Source: Bdellovibrionales bacterium
GTDB taxonomy: Bacteria > Bdellovibrionota > Bdellovibrionia > Bdellovibrionales > UBA1609
Assembly (NCBI GenBank): GCA_965243065.1
Contig: CBDETO010000005.1
Coordinates: 987,520 to 1,051,519, forward strand
Reading direction: 5' to 3'
Length of the DNA stretch: 64,000 nt
The notes under the pieces were generated by a model that did no database searches, was not told the DNA's origin, and saw nothing but the letters and a program-made list of their open reading frames with translations. The translations under genes were made by a program, and so were the position numbers. Below are positions 55,356-64,000 of the stretch, one piece after another (position 1 is the stretch's first letter; the number at the start of each line of letters is the position of its first letter).

Positions 55356-55454
55356 CGGTATAATACCCAGTGGGTATTATACCCATTTCCACGAGGACAA
55401 GCTTTTGTGTAACCCCCTGTAGCCTTTTTCCCTTTGTTATACCGAACCGGTATA
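55356..55454. repeat. composite palindromic repeat
   Basis: GGTATAATACCCAGTGGGTATTATACC (12-bp stem), CATTTCCACGAGGACAAGC, terminal TATACCGAACCGGTATA. Confidence 0.6.
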
Positions 55455-55622
55455 TTATTCAGCTTTCTCAATATTTGCTCTCATTCAAAAAAACTAAAAA
55501 AAAAAGCTGACAGAGGCTCTAATTTGTTATATTTCAAATAGTCTAAACCGAGTTAAAGTTGATTTTCCCAGAACTTTGTATAAAAATGGGGATTTTTAAA
55601 TTAAGATGAAATAAGGAACCAA

Positions 55623-56003
55623 ATGCCTACTTTAAATCAGCTGATCCGCAGTAACAGAAGAGTGCAAAGAACACGGACCAAATCTCCCGCTCTTACCCGT
55701 TGTCCACAGCGGAGAGGGGTTTGCACCCGGGTGTTCACCCGTTCACCTAAAAAACCTAATTCCGCCATACGCAAAGTGGCCAGGGTCCGTTTAACAAATG
55801 GGTTTGAAGTAAATTCCTATATTCCAGGGGAAGGGCACAATCTGCAAGAACACTCTGTAGTTTTAGTGCGAGGGGGCCGTGTGCAGGACCTACCCGGAGT
55901 GAAATACCATATTGTCCGTGGTCACCTGGATACACAAGGAGTGAAAGACAGAAAAAGAGGTCGTTCTCTATATGGAACGAAAAGAACTAAAGGGAGTAAA
56001 TAA
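55623..56003 (+). CDS. rpsL: 30S ribosomal protein S12
   Basis: MPTLNQLIR...[19 protein letters not shown] is canonical. Confidence 0.97.
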   Translation: MPTLNQLIRSNRRVQRTRTKSPALTRCPQRRGVCTRVFTRSPKKPNSAIRKVARVRLTNGFEVNSYIPGEGHNLQEHSVVLVRGGRVQDLPGVKYHIVRGHLDTQGVKDRKRGRSLYGTKRTKGSK

Positions 56004-56005
56004 AG

Positions 56006-56482
56006 ATGTCTCGTCGAAGTCGCAAAATTCATAAAAAAGAAGTTAAGCCAGACTCTGTCTATTCCGATGTCATGGTGTCCTATTTTATAAATAAAATTAT
56101 GTGGGATGGTAAAAAAGAACTAGCACGAAACATTGTATATGGTGCTTTAGATATCTTAAGCAAAAAGTATCCAAAAGAGAGTGCGGTCTCTGTATTCAAG
56201 AAAGCTATAGATAACTGCAAACCCAACCTGGAGGTTCGATCTCGTCGAGTGGGGGGAGCTACCTATCAGGTACCTGTGGATGTCCGCCCTGTCCGTAAAT
56301 CTGCCTTGGCTATTCGTTGGATTATTACCCATTCCCGTACCCGAAAAGAAAAAACCATGACGGATCGTCTGGCCGAAGAATTAATGGATGCCTATAACAA
56401 AAAAGGGGCTTCCATTAAGAAAAAAGAAGATGTGCATCGTATGGCTGAATCCAACCGTGCCTTCTCTCACTATAACTGGTAA
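56006..56482 (+). CDS. rpsG: 30S ribosomal protein S7
   Basis: 158 aa. [17 protein letters not shown] and [13 protein letters not shown] are canonical. Confidence 0.97.
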   Translation: MSRRSRKIHKKEVKPDSVYSDVMVSYFINKIMWDGKKELARNIVYGALDILSKKYPKESAVSVFKKAIDNCKPNLEVRSRRVGGATYQVPVDVRPVRKSALAIRWIITHSRTRKEKTMTDRLAEELMDAYNKKGASIKKKEDVHRMAESNRAFSHYNW

Positions 56483-56505
56483 CATTTTCTTATAGAGAGG
56501 AAAGT

Positions 56506-58596
56506 TTGCCAAGCCTTCAAATTAAAACAACTGAAGATCTAAAACACACCCGCAATATAGGGATTATTGCTCATATTGATGCTGGCAAAACCACCCTCAC
56601 AGAACGAATTTTATTTTACACAGGAAAAAGCCATAAAATGGGTGAAGTGCATGAAGGCAACACCATTATGGATTGGATGGAGCAAGAACAGGAAAGAGGT
56701 ATTACCATCACCTCCGCCGCTACAACCTGCTTTTGGAAAGATCATCGTATTAATATTATAGATACCCCTGGTCATGTGGACTTTACCATAGAAGTAGAAC
56801 GTTCTCTAAGAGTTTTAGATGGAGCCATTGTTGTATTTGACGGTGTTAGTGGAGTGGAAGCACAAAGTGAAACCGTATGGAGGCAAGCGAATAAATATCA
56901 TATTCCACGGATATGCTTCATCAACAAAATGGATAGGATAGGAGCAGACTTTGCAAAAAGTGTGAGTTCTATCTCCCATAAGCTAAAAATCACCCCTGTA
57001 TGCTTGCAACTCCCTATAGGATCTGAAGAAAATTTTAAAGGAGTGATAGACCTTGTGGAAGAAAAAGCTTTTATATGGGATCAAGATAAGTTAGGAGAAA
57101 AATATTCCACAGTCCCTATACCCGAAGAGTATAAGCGGCCTGCCCGTAAAGGGAGAGAGAAAATGATCGAACAGATAGCGGAGTTGGACGACGAAATAAT
57201 GCAAAAATATCTAGCTGAAGAAAGCATCTCAACAGATGAAATAAAAAAGGTTCTTAGGCAGGCCACTTTGAATTTAAAAATGACACTGGTGTTTTGTGGA
57301 TCCGCTTTTAAAAACAAAGGAGTGCAACAAATTATTTCTGCTGTGTTGGATTATCTGCCAGGGCCTTTGGATTTACCTCCTATTGAAGGACAGGGACAGG
57401 GGAAGAAACAGGGAAAAAAAATGCTATGTCCTACAGACTTTGAACATCCTGTTTGTGGTTTTGCTTTTAAACTAATGGAAGATACTTTTGCAGGCCATCT
57501 TACTTATATTCGTGTCTATTCGGGCTGTTTAAAACCCGGTGTTCCCTTGCTCAACACCAGAGAAGCTAAGAAAGAAAGAATCCAGAAACTGTTAAAGATT
57601 CATTCCAAATCCAGAGAGGAGGTGCCTTTCCTAAAAGCAGGAGACATAGGAGCGGTTTTGGGCTTAAAGTGGACTAAGACAGGGGACACTTTATGTACGA
57701 CGGCTTATCCGGTTTCTTTGGAATCTATTTCTTTTCCCGAACCAGTGATCTCTATGGTTATTGAGCCGAAATCTTCTGTAGATCAAAAAAAAATGATGAA
57801 AGTTTTGCAAACCATACAAAGAGAAGACCCTTCTTGCTTTATTTCTTCCGACCCGGAGACAGGGCAAGCCCTTTTAATGGGAATGGGAGAGCTGCACCTG
57901 GAAGTGCTGATTCATCGTCTTGTAAAAGACCATAAAGTGCAGGTAAATACGGGTCCGCCAAAGGTTTCTTACAGGGAAACTATTTTAACTTCAGCAGAAG
58001 GGAAAGGCATTTTTGATAAAAAGATAGGAGAACAAAAACAATTTGCCCATGTACTGTTAAAGATAGAACCGGATAAAAATTTAAAGGCTTTGATATTTGA
58101 CAATCAAGTCCAGGAAACACTCCCCACAGAATTTATTTCAGCTATTAAAGAGGTGATAGAAGGTTCCTCTTATGCGGGCCTACTGATGGGTTATCGCCTG
58201 TTGGGGATAAAAGTGTGTTTATTGAAAGCAGAGTATCAAGGAGAAAACGAAGAAGGGATAAAAGCGGCTTTAAAAACGGCGGCGGTTCAAGCTTTTAGAA
58301 AAGCACTCACCAACAGCAAAAGCTGGCTGTTGGAACCGATATTTAACCTGGAGGTGCTGACACCAGACGAGTTTTTAGGGGATGTGATGAGTGATCTAAA
58401 TACCAGAAGGGCCAAAGTAGAAGAAGTGTTTTTGGAAAATCATTTACAGGTCATTAAAGCACAGGTTCCCCTAGCTCCTCTTTTTGGTTACGCCACAGAG
58501 CTTCGCTCCCTTAGCCAAGGGCGCGCCTCTTTTTCTATGGAGATGCGGGAGTACGCTCCTGTGCCGGAAAAAATATCGAAGCAAGTTCTTGTTTGA
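56506..58596 (+). CDS. fusA: elongation factor G
   Basis: [39 protein letters not shown]. 696 aa. TTG start. Confidence 0.95.
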   Translation: MPSLQIKTTEDLKHTRNIGIIAHIDAGKTTLTERILFYTGKSHKMGEVHEGNTIMDWMEQEQERGITITSAATTCFWKDHRINIIDTPGHVDFTIEVERSLRVLDGAIVVFDGVSGVEAQSETVWRQANKYHIPRICFINKMDRIGADFAKSVSSISHKLKITPVCLQLPIGSEENFKGVIDLVEEKAFIWDQDKLGEKYSTVPIPEEYKRPARKGREKMIEQIAELDDEIMQKYLAEESISTDEIKKVLRQATLNLKMTLVFCGSAFKNKGVQQIISAVLDYLPGPLDLPPIEGQGQGKKQGKKMLCPTDFEHPVCGFAFKLMEDTFAGHLTYIRVYSGCLKPGVPLLNTREAKKERIQKLLKIHSKSREEVPFLKAGDIGAVLGLKWTKTGDTLCTTAYPVSLESISFPEPVISMVIEPKSSVDQKKMMKVLQTIQREDPSCFISSDPETGQALLMGMGELHLEVLIHRLVKDHKVQVNTGPPKVSYRETILTSAEGKGIFDKKIGEQKQFAHVLLKIEPDKNLKALIFDNQVQETLPTEFISAIKEVIEGSSYAGLLMGYRLLGIKVCLLKAEYQGENEEGIKAALKTAAVQAFRKALTNSKSWLLEPIFNLEVLTPDEFLGDVMSDLNTRRAKVEEVFLENHLQVIKAQVPLAPLFGYATELRSLSQGRASFSMEMREYAPVPEKISKQVLV

Positions 58597-58671
58597 GTTT
58601 CATACTACTTCCATGTATAATAGAAAGATAGAGTGCTCTAGCCTGACGACCATAGAGAAAAATATAAAACC

Positions 58672-59529
58672 ATGAAAATAAATAATAATTCTTTTTTTCA
58701 CAAATCCCAATGGCCCTTTGTGATTATAGCCGGTCCCTGTTCTATAGAAAATGCGGAACAAATGGATCAAATACAAAAAGTTCTTTTAGAAGAAAATATC
58801 TCCCTAATGAGAGGGGGTATTTATAAAATGAGGACTCACCCTGACTCTTTTCAAGGATTAGGAAAAGAGGCTATTGATCTCATTCAAAATTTGAAAAAAA
58901 AGCGAAACTTAAAGTTTGTGTCTGAAATAACTGACCCAAGGCAAATGGAAGCACTCTTTTCTGTGGTGGATATTTTTCAAGTGGGCACGCGTAACATGTT
59001 TAACTACGAGTTACTCAAAGAATTGGGAAAACAGTCCAAGCCTGTATTACTGAAAAGGGCTTTTTCCGCTAGGGTAAAGGAATGGCTGTTAGCGGCAGAT
59101 TATGTGGTTCAGGCTGGAAATAAAAAAGTTATTTTATGTGAAAGGGGAATTCGCACTTTTGAAACCAGCACGCGTAATACCTTGGATTTATCCGGTGCTC
59201 TATTAGCTCAAAGGGAATCTGCTTTTCCAGTGATTGTGGATCCGTCACATGGCACAGGAGAAGCTTCTTTAGTGATACCTATGGCTTTGGCTGTAGTAGC
59301 AGCGGGATTAGATGGTCTTTTGCTGGAAATCCATCCAGAACCATTTAAAGCTTTATCAGATGGCTATCAATCCTTAAATTTTAGTCAGTTTAAACAAATG
59401 ATGCAGCAACTTAAAAAAATCTTGTATGTTATAGGAAAACCTATAGATAGCGAATTTATTTATGAAAGCTTCTCTAACAAAAAGGTCGCCACAGGAAATA
59501 AAGAAGATATTCAACTCCATAGCTCTTAA
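58672..59529 (+). CDS. aroF: 3-deoxy-7-phosphoheptulonate (DAHP) synthase, type I-beta
   Basis: IIAGPCSIEN, LLKRAFS, ILCERGIRTFETSTRNTLDLS, VDPSHGTG, HPEPFKALSDGYQSL. Confidence 0.8.
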   Translation: MKINNNSFFHKSQWPFVIIAGPCSIENAEQMDQIQKVLLEENISLMRGGIYKMRTHPDSFQGLGKEAIDLIQNLKKKRNLKFVSEITDPRQMEALFSVVDIFQVGTRNMFNYELLKELGKQSKPVLLKRAFSARVKEWLLAADYVVQAGNKKVILCERGIRTFETSTRNTLDLSGALLAQRESAFPVIVDPSHGTGEASLVIPMALAVVAAGLDGLLLEIHPEPFKALSDGYQSLNFSQFKQMMQQLKKILYVIGKPIDSEFIYESFSNKKVATGNKEDIQLHSS

Positions 59530-60196
59530 TTATGATCGGGCCAATAAAGCGATTACCTTGGGTATGGATTCCTGGTGGAGAAAAAAACTGGTAAAGTGGA
59601 GTGAAGCACCGCTGGATGGAAAAATTCTGGACTGTGCCACAGGAACCGGTGTTTTAGCTTTTGAATTTCAAAAGCAGTTAGGACCTAAAGCTCAAATCAC
59701 CGCCGTGGATTTTTGCGAAGGGATGCTCAAACAAGCCTATAATAAAGTAAATTCATCTTCTATTTCACCTAAAAACATTGATTTCCAAACGGCCGATGTG
59801 CAAGAGCTGCCTTTCCAGGATAATAAGTATGATGTATGTGCTATGGCGTATGGCTTAAGAAATGTAGAAGATCCTATAAAAACTTTAATGGAAATGGCAC
59901 GAATTACCAAAAAAGGAGGAACAGTAATGATTTTAGAAACCGGTGATCGCCCAATGTTTCTTTTATATCCTTTATTTTATTTATATTTTCGTTTTATTGT
60001 CCCCCGGATAGGGGGATGGCTTACTGGTCAGAAATCCGCCTATGAGTATTTACAAAAATCCTCGCAGAATTTCCCTTCTCGACACTCTCTTTTAACACTT
60101 ATGGACAAAACAAAATGCTTTAGCGAGTGCCAATACAAAACCCTTTTTTTTGGTTCTAGTTTTATATATAAAGCCCGGGTGTCTAAAGAGCATTAA
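59462..60196 (+). CDS. ubiE: demethylmenaquinone / ubiquinone C-methyltransferase
   Basis: IFNSIALNYDRANKAITLGMDSWWRK, DCATGTG SAM motif, AYGLRNV. ATG 59462 overlaps the aroF 3' end by 68 nt. Confidence 0.8.
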   Translation: MKASLTKRSPQEIKKIFNSIALNYDRANKAITLGMDSWWRKKLVKWSEAPLDGKILDCATGTGVLAFEFQKQLGPKAQITAVDFCEGMLKQAYNKVNSSSISPKNIDFQTADVQELPFQDNKYDVCAMAYGLRNVEDPIKTLMEMARITKKGGTVMILETGDRPMFLLYPLFYLYFRFIVPRIGGWLTGQKSAYEYLQKSSQNFPSRHSLLTLMDKTKCFSECQYKTLFFGSSFIYKARVSKEH

Positions 60197-60351
60197 AGTA
60201 ACTTCCCAGCCTTTCACTTTTTTAAAAAAATCAAAATCTTATTTTTAAATCGGGTGAAAAAAATTCACTCTATATGCGGTCTATCTTAATTTCAGGAAGA
60301 TTTTTTTCTCTATTGCTTCGTTTAGGCACAGATTTTGCATAAAGATTTAGC

Positions 60352-61236
60352 ATGCAATCCTGGTTAGAATATCTTGCTTTTTTAAGCTGGCAAAATCAAA
60401 GTTTGGTTTTAGAAGATTTTGAAAATGTCTTTCGAAACCAAAGTAGGATTCATTCTGCCTGGCAGTTAATTAATTTTATCTCCCAACCGAAAACAAAACA
60501 TTATCTCCAACATCAAAAAAATTGGTGGAAACAGGCAGAAAAAGATAAAAAAGATTGCAAAAGTTTAAAAATTCATACTTTTTGGCCTTTTCATCCAAAC
60601 TACCCTCAAACTCTTTTCAAGATGGAAAAACCACCCATGCTTATTAGCTGGAAAGGAGAAAGAGAGTTTTGCTGGAAAAATTATTTTCTTTTTTCTGTGG
60701 TAGGGAGTAGAGAACCTTATCGAGATACTCTACTTTGGATGGATATGCACTTAAGTCTCTTCCTGAAAAGAAAAAAAGGAGAAGTTTGTGTTATGAGTGG
60801 AGGAGCAAGAGGGGTAGATCAAAAAGCACATGCTCTATGCTTGGCTTCTCAAAATCCCACGCTTTGTTTTTTACCTTGTGGAATAAAACATTATTATCCC
60901 TCTGCTTTAAAGAAGTGGGAAAAACCTATTATACAAAGTGGAGGTGGCTTCGTCAGTGTTTTTCCTTTATCAGCACCTATGCAAAAATCTCATTTTCACA
61001 TTCGAAATAAAACTCTGGCTTTTTTATCTGATATGATCTTGATAGCACAAGCCCAATCCAGAAGCGGAACAATGGTAACAGCCCGTTATGCTTTAGATGC
61101 GGGAGTGACTATATCTGCCTTACCAGGGAGTGCTCTTTATTCTGGATACAGAGGTAACCTTAGTTTAATCAACGATGGTTGTTTTATGCTTCGAGATCAC
61201 TTGGATTTGGAAACTCTTTACCACTCTTGTAGATGA
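60352..61236 (+). CDS. dprA: DNA-processing protein DprA (Smf)
   Basis: VVGSREP...SGGARGVDQKAHALCL...AQAQSRSGTMVTARYALDAG is the DprA Rossmann-like core. Confidence 0.8.
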   Translation: MQSWLEYLAFLSWQNQSLVLEDFENVFRNQSRIHSAWQLINFISQPKTKHYLQHQKNWWKQAEKDKKDCKSLKIHTFWPFHPNYPQTLFKMEKPPMLISWKGEREFCWKNYFLFSVVGSREPYRDTLLWMDMHLSLFLKRKKGEVCVMSGGARGVDQKAHALCLASQNPTLCFLPCGIKHYYPSALKKWEKPIIQSGGGFVSVFPLSAPMQKSHFHIRNKTLAFLSDMILIAQAQSRSGTMVTARYALDAGVTISALPGSALYSGYRGNLSLINDGCFMLRDHLDLETLYHSCR

Positions 61237-61865
61237 CTACCGCTAAAGGCTTTGGGTTTAAAGTCTTTTTTATTGACCAGTCTGGCACTGTCTCCTGTAG
61301 CTTGGATAAGAAATAAACCCTCTCCTTCCGCAAGCAAGTGAGCCTTATTCTCACTAGCTAGATAAGCCATAGCTCCATAGATAGTTTCCGTTTTATATCT
61401 TCGAAAGTAATTTCTAAAATCCCTAAGTGTTTCTAAAAAAACAGTGACATCTTTGGGAACTAAAGTGGTTTTTACTTCTACAACCACAACTTCTGTTCCA
61501 TTGGCAACAATAATATCAAACTCCCGCCTCTCAATACGACCATCCGGCTTTCTCCATTCCGATTTAGAGCGGGTATGCGTTTGTGTTATATCTATCCTAT
61601 GATCTTGAAAAATTTTTACCAGCTTCCCTTCAACTAAAGACTCCACTAAAGCTCCCCATCGTTGGTTAAACCGGCCCCCTATTTTTTGTATTTGCCGGTC
61701 GGTTTCTTTTTGGCTAGCACGGATTTCTTTCATGTCTTCTTTGTGGCTGGCACGGATTTCTTTCATATCCTCTTTGTGGCTGGCAGAAGCTTCTTTTAGG
61801 CTTTTCTGAGTCTCTTTTATAAGTACCCAAATCTCATCCGCTGGCGATATTGTGGATTTATTCAT
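61218..61865 (-). CDS. PD-(D/E)XK-fold protein with N-terminal coiled coil
   Basis: EFDIIVANGTEVVVVEVKTT is a D...E-x-K restriction-endonuclease-like core. The N-terminus has a duplicated ASHKEDMKEIR, encoded by a 33-nt tandem repeat at 61713..61778. Confidence 0.55.
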   Translation of the reverse strand: MNKSTISPADEIWVLIKETQKSLKEASASHKEDMKEIRASHKEDMKEIRASQKETDRQIQKIGGRFNQRWGALVESLVEGKLVKIFQDHRIDITQTHTRSKSEWRKPDGRIERREFDIIVANGTEVVVVEVKTTLVPKDVTVFLETLRDFRNYFRRYKTETIYGAMAYLASENKAHLLAEGEGLFLIQATGDSARLVNKKDFKPKAFSGSHLQEW

Positions 61866-62066
61866 ATCGTTCTCCTTTCTTATATAGTAACATAGTTTTT
61901 TTAAGACTAGCTATGCAAAATCCATACCTAAACCCCAAGGATGTTTCCCAATTTCGGCATAATACAGGGAAATATGCTAGTGATCTCATATATTTATAAA
62001 TTTCAATGGGGGCTACATTTTTAAAAAGAGTTAAAATGAAGATAGGAATTGAAAAAATAGATATCA

Positions 62067-62563
62067 ATGAATGATGAACATGTTCGATCCATGGTGAGTT
62101 GGGAAAATAGCGAAGATTTTTATCATCTGATTACTCCTGTTAAACTTGGAGATAAACGCAAAAAGCACACTGTTGAATCTGTAAAGAAAACCTTGATGGT
62201 GTGCATAATACCTATATTATTCTCGATAGAGAGAAACCTATTGGTAATTTCTCAATACAAATGAATCCTGGGCATTTGATGAAAAAAGAGAAGAAAACAA
62301 GTTGGATCGGATTAATTATTGGAGAAAAAGAATACTGGGGGAGGGGTGTAGCTAAAATAGCTATGGATTATATTGAAAAAAAATCCAGAAGGTTGGGAGC
62401 GGTTAGAATTGAATTAGGTACTTTTGAATTTAACCATAGAGCACATGTTTTTTATAAGAAATGCGGCTTTATGGAAATAGGTAGGTTAAAAAGGTTTACT
62501 TATTGGAATGGCAAATACTGGGATGACATCAGAATGGAGAAGTATCTACCATCTACTTTATAA
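62067..62563 (+). pseudogene. GNAT-family N-acetyltransferase split by a frameshift near 62200
   Basis: The two overlapping track ORFs (62067..62264 and 62201..62563) together have the length and order of a RimJ/RimL-like GNAT. The second half has IGLIIGEKEYWGRGVAKIAM...ELGTFEFNHRAHVFYKKCGF. Confidence 0.55.
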
Positions 62564-62564
62564 T

Positions 62565-63695
62565 TTATTTTTGTAAAGGCCAATCAAAGTGAATTTTCAC
62601 ACGAGCCGCCCACAGGTCATTCGTTAAATGTCCCTTTATTTGTGAACTAATAAAACGCTCTCCTATTAAGGTGATATTAGGGTGAACCTGATACGAAACT
62701 TGGAACACTCTTTCATAAAGAGAAGATTGAGTTTGCCCAGGTTTAAAGTGAGAAGAATATCTGTTTATATTTCCAAAAACCATTCCCACTTTTAGTTTAT
62801 CAATAGCGATACTAGGGAAAGTATAATATGTAAAAGTGGTTTGCTCTCTTTCTTTAATTCCCCAAAATTCAGATTGAAGGGATACTCGTAGTTTTTTGTA
62901 CGAAGTATGTAAATAAATACCTCCTCCATAAGTTTTAAGAGGATCAAAGAAAGCCAGGTCTTTTTCAAACCAACTGGCGAAAGCATCCCAAAAAAATCCC
63001 TCACTTCTGACACTGATTATAACAGGGGCGGACTCTGGTGCTCTATAGGAGTCATCTTGCTCTCTATAAAGCCAGCCTCCAAAATAACTCAATTTCAAGC
63101 TTAAAAATTTTTTCCAAATATATAGATCCGCAACAGCCCCTATGTCTTTCTGACTCCAAGCCAGGACCTTATAAAAAGATAGGTTTTGAGAAAACACATT
63201 ATTGTTCTTACCTTTGTAACCAAGAGGAATGGGAAACCATCCGGCTTTTACACTAAGTGGAATCACCTCACAATCATAAGAAAGGCTCATCTCCTCCAAG
63301 CCTATTTCCCACTTGTTTTTATAAGACTCTATTTCTCCGTTGATAAAGATATTCAAGTTACTGTCTTTAGAATAAAGCAATCCTATTTCCGTATAGGGTA
63401 TATAAGGATGCCACTGTTTTTGATTTCGGGAGATTTGATTCTTAGATAGGCGGCCTTCACTTTCCAGTTGAAAGGAGAAAGCGTGCTCTGTTTGTTCCTG
63501 AGAAAACACAAAGAAAGGAATAAGTAGAATAAAAATAAAATAATTCTGGATTCCCGCTTTCGCGGGAATGACATTTTTCGCGGGACGGGAAGCCACCAAA
63601 GTGGCTTTCCGTTTCGTGAAACAAGGAGCCACCAAAGTGGCTTTCCGTTTAGAGAAGTGAATAACTAGCTTTCGCAGGCAGTATATATATATCAT
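62565..63695 (-). CDS. putative outer-membrane beta-barrel protein; N-terminal ~50 codons are hairpin-repeat sequence
   Basis: Alternating-hydrophobic strands through most of the sequence. The signal-like FIFILLIPFFVFSQE is preceded by repeat-encoded KRKATLVASRPAKNVIPAKAGIQ. No canonical start codon lies directly before the signal-like segment. Confidence 0.4.
   Translation of the reverse strand: MIYIYCLRKLVIHFSKRKATLVAPCFTKRKATLVASRPAKNVIPAKAGIQNYFIFILLIPFFVFSQEQTEHAFSFQLESEGRLSKNQISRNQKQWHPYIPYTEIGLLYSKDSNLNIFINGEIESYKNKWEIGLEEMSLSYDCEVIPLSVKAGWFPIPLGYKGKNNNVFSQNLSFYKVLAWSQKDIGAVADLYIWKKFLSLKLSYFGGWLYREQDDSYRAPESAPVIISVRSEGFFWDAFASWFEKDLAFFDPLKTYGGGIYLHTSYKKLRVSLQSEFWGIKEREQTTFTYYTFPSIAIDKLKVGMVFGNINRYSSHFKPGQTQSSLYERVFQVSYQVHPNITLIGERFISSQIKGHLTNDLWAARVKIHFDWPLQK
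63548..63650. repeat. modular hairpin repeat, units A-B-C-C (best-preserved copy)
   Basis: GGATTCCCGCTTTCGCGGGAATGACA | TTTTTCGCGGGACGGGA | AGCCACCAAAGTGGCTTTCCGTTT, with the last unit present twice. Confidence 0.9.
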
Positions 63696-64000
63696 TGGTT
63701 TATAGGTCCTCGTGAAGCAAAATTCAAACGCACTTTATTTAGTTGAAGCCCCCACAACATACCCTCTCCTTTGGAGAAAAATAAAAAATCTTTGGAATCC
63801 ACAATCAAATTCTGTTGGGAAAGAAAAAGAGCATGCTCTTTTACATACCCGCTTGGATTTGTATAAGTATTCCATATTTTAATGCTGATAAAGTTCTCTG
63901 TTCCGTTTTGCACCTCTATATACATTTCCAGATTTTGGTTTTTAGTAAAATAACTTGTATCTGTGTGTACAGTTTGTATGGGATAAGATGGGGTGCTGGC
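63692..64000 (-). CDS. hypothetical protein, 5' partial (frame open to window edge)
   Basis: Track ORF 63692..63925. The same frame continues without a stop to nt 64000. Its stop overlaps the start of the next gene (ATGA). Confidence 0.4.
   Translation of the reverse strand, partial: ASTPSYPIQTVHTDTSYFTKNQNLEMYIEVQNGTENFISIKIWNTYTNPSGYVKEHALFLSQQNLIVDSKDFLFFSKGEGMLWGLQLNKVRLNFASRGPINQ

Noticed and set aside
1-64000. tRNA, rRNA, tmRNA or other classical RNA genes
   Set aside because: I scanned intergenic regions for T-loop-like GGTTCGAATCC / GTTCAAATC motifs and cloverleaf-sized palindromes on both strands and found none. GAGTTCGGATTTG in the palindromic elements lacks acceptor and anticodon arms.

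Overview
AT-rich bacterial chromosomal segment. Conserved housekeeping blocks are well supported by protein motifs. These are rpmJ-rpsM-rpsK-rpoA-rplQ, rpsL-rpsG-fusA, uvrA, holA, der, rnc, a MiaB-family methylthiotransferase, dps, hmgA, secG, gdh, pyrD, an HU/IHF protein, aroF-type DAHP synthase, ubiE and dprA. They are interrupted by accessory, repeat-laden segments at about 27.4-36 kb, 39-55.5 kb and 61-64 kb. No tRNA, rRNA, cas gene, integrase or classical transposase was recognised. Four things stand out. (1) A family of type-IV-pilin-like genes has large modular C-terminal parts, one being a phage-tail-fibre-like repeat plus HxH cluster plus S74-type intramolecular chaperone module. Each of the two paralogues is preceded by a long simple-sequence tract, (ATTC)9 and (CCAATCA)34 on the coding strand. 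The heptamer tract lies between an SD-ATG and a pilin-like frame with no start codon of its own, so it looks like a slipped-strand ON/OFF switch placed in the cleavable leader; it is OFF in this assembly. (2) A modular GC-rich hairpin repeat family (core GATTCCCGCTTTCGCGGGAATGACA) is scattered through intergenic DNA and also sits in frame inside several ORFs. One locus is a 4-copy array with exact 61-nt periodicity and CRISPR-like geometry. (3) A second RNase III gene next to rnc carries a membrane anchor and an internally duplicated, degenerate second RNase III domain. (4) Several housekeeping proteins (RpoA, L17, SecG) carry low-complexity C-terminal tails, with G9-G10 homopolymer runs in the L17 and RpoA tail DNA and 42-45-nt tandem repeats in RpoA. 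All functional calls come from motif recognition by eye; no database search was run.
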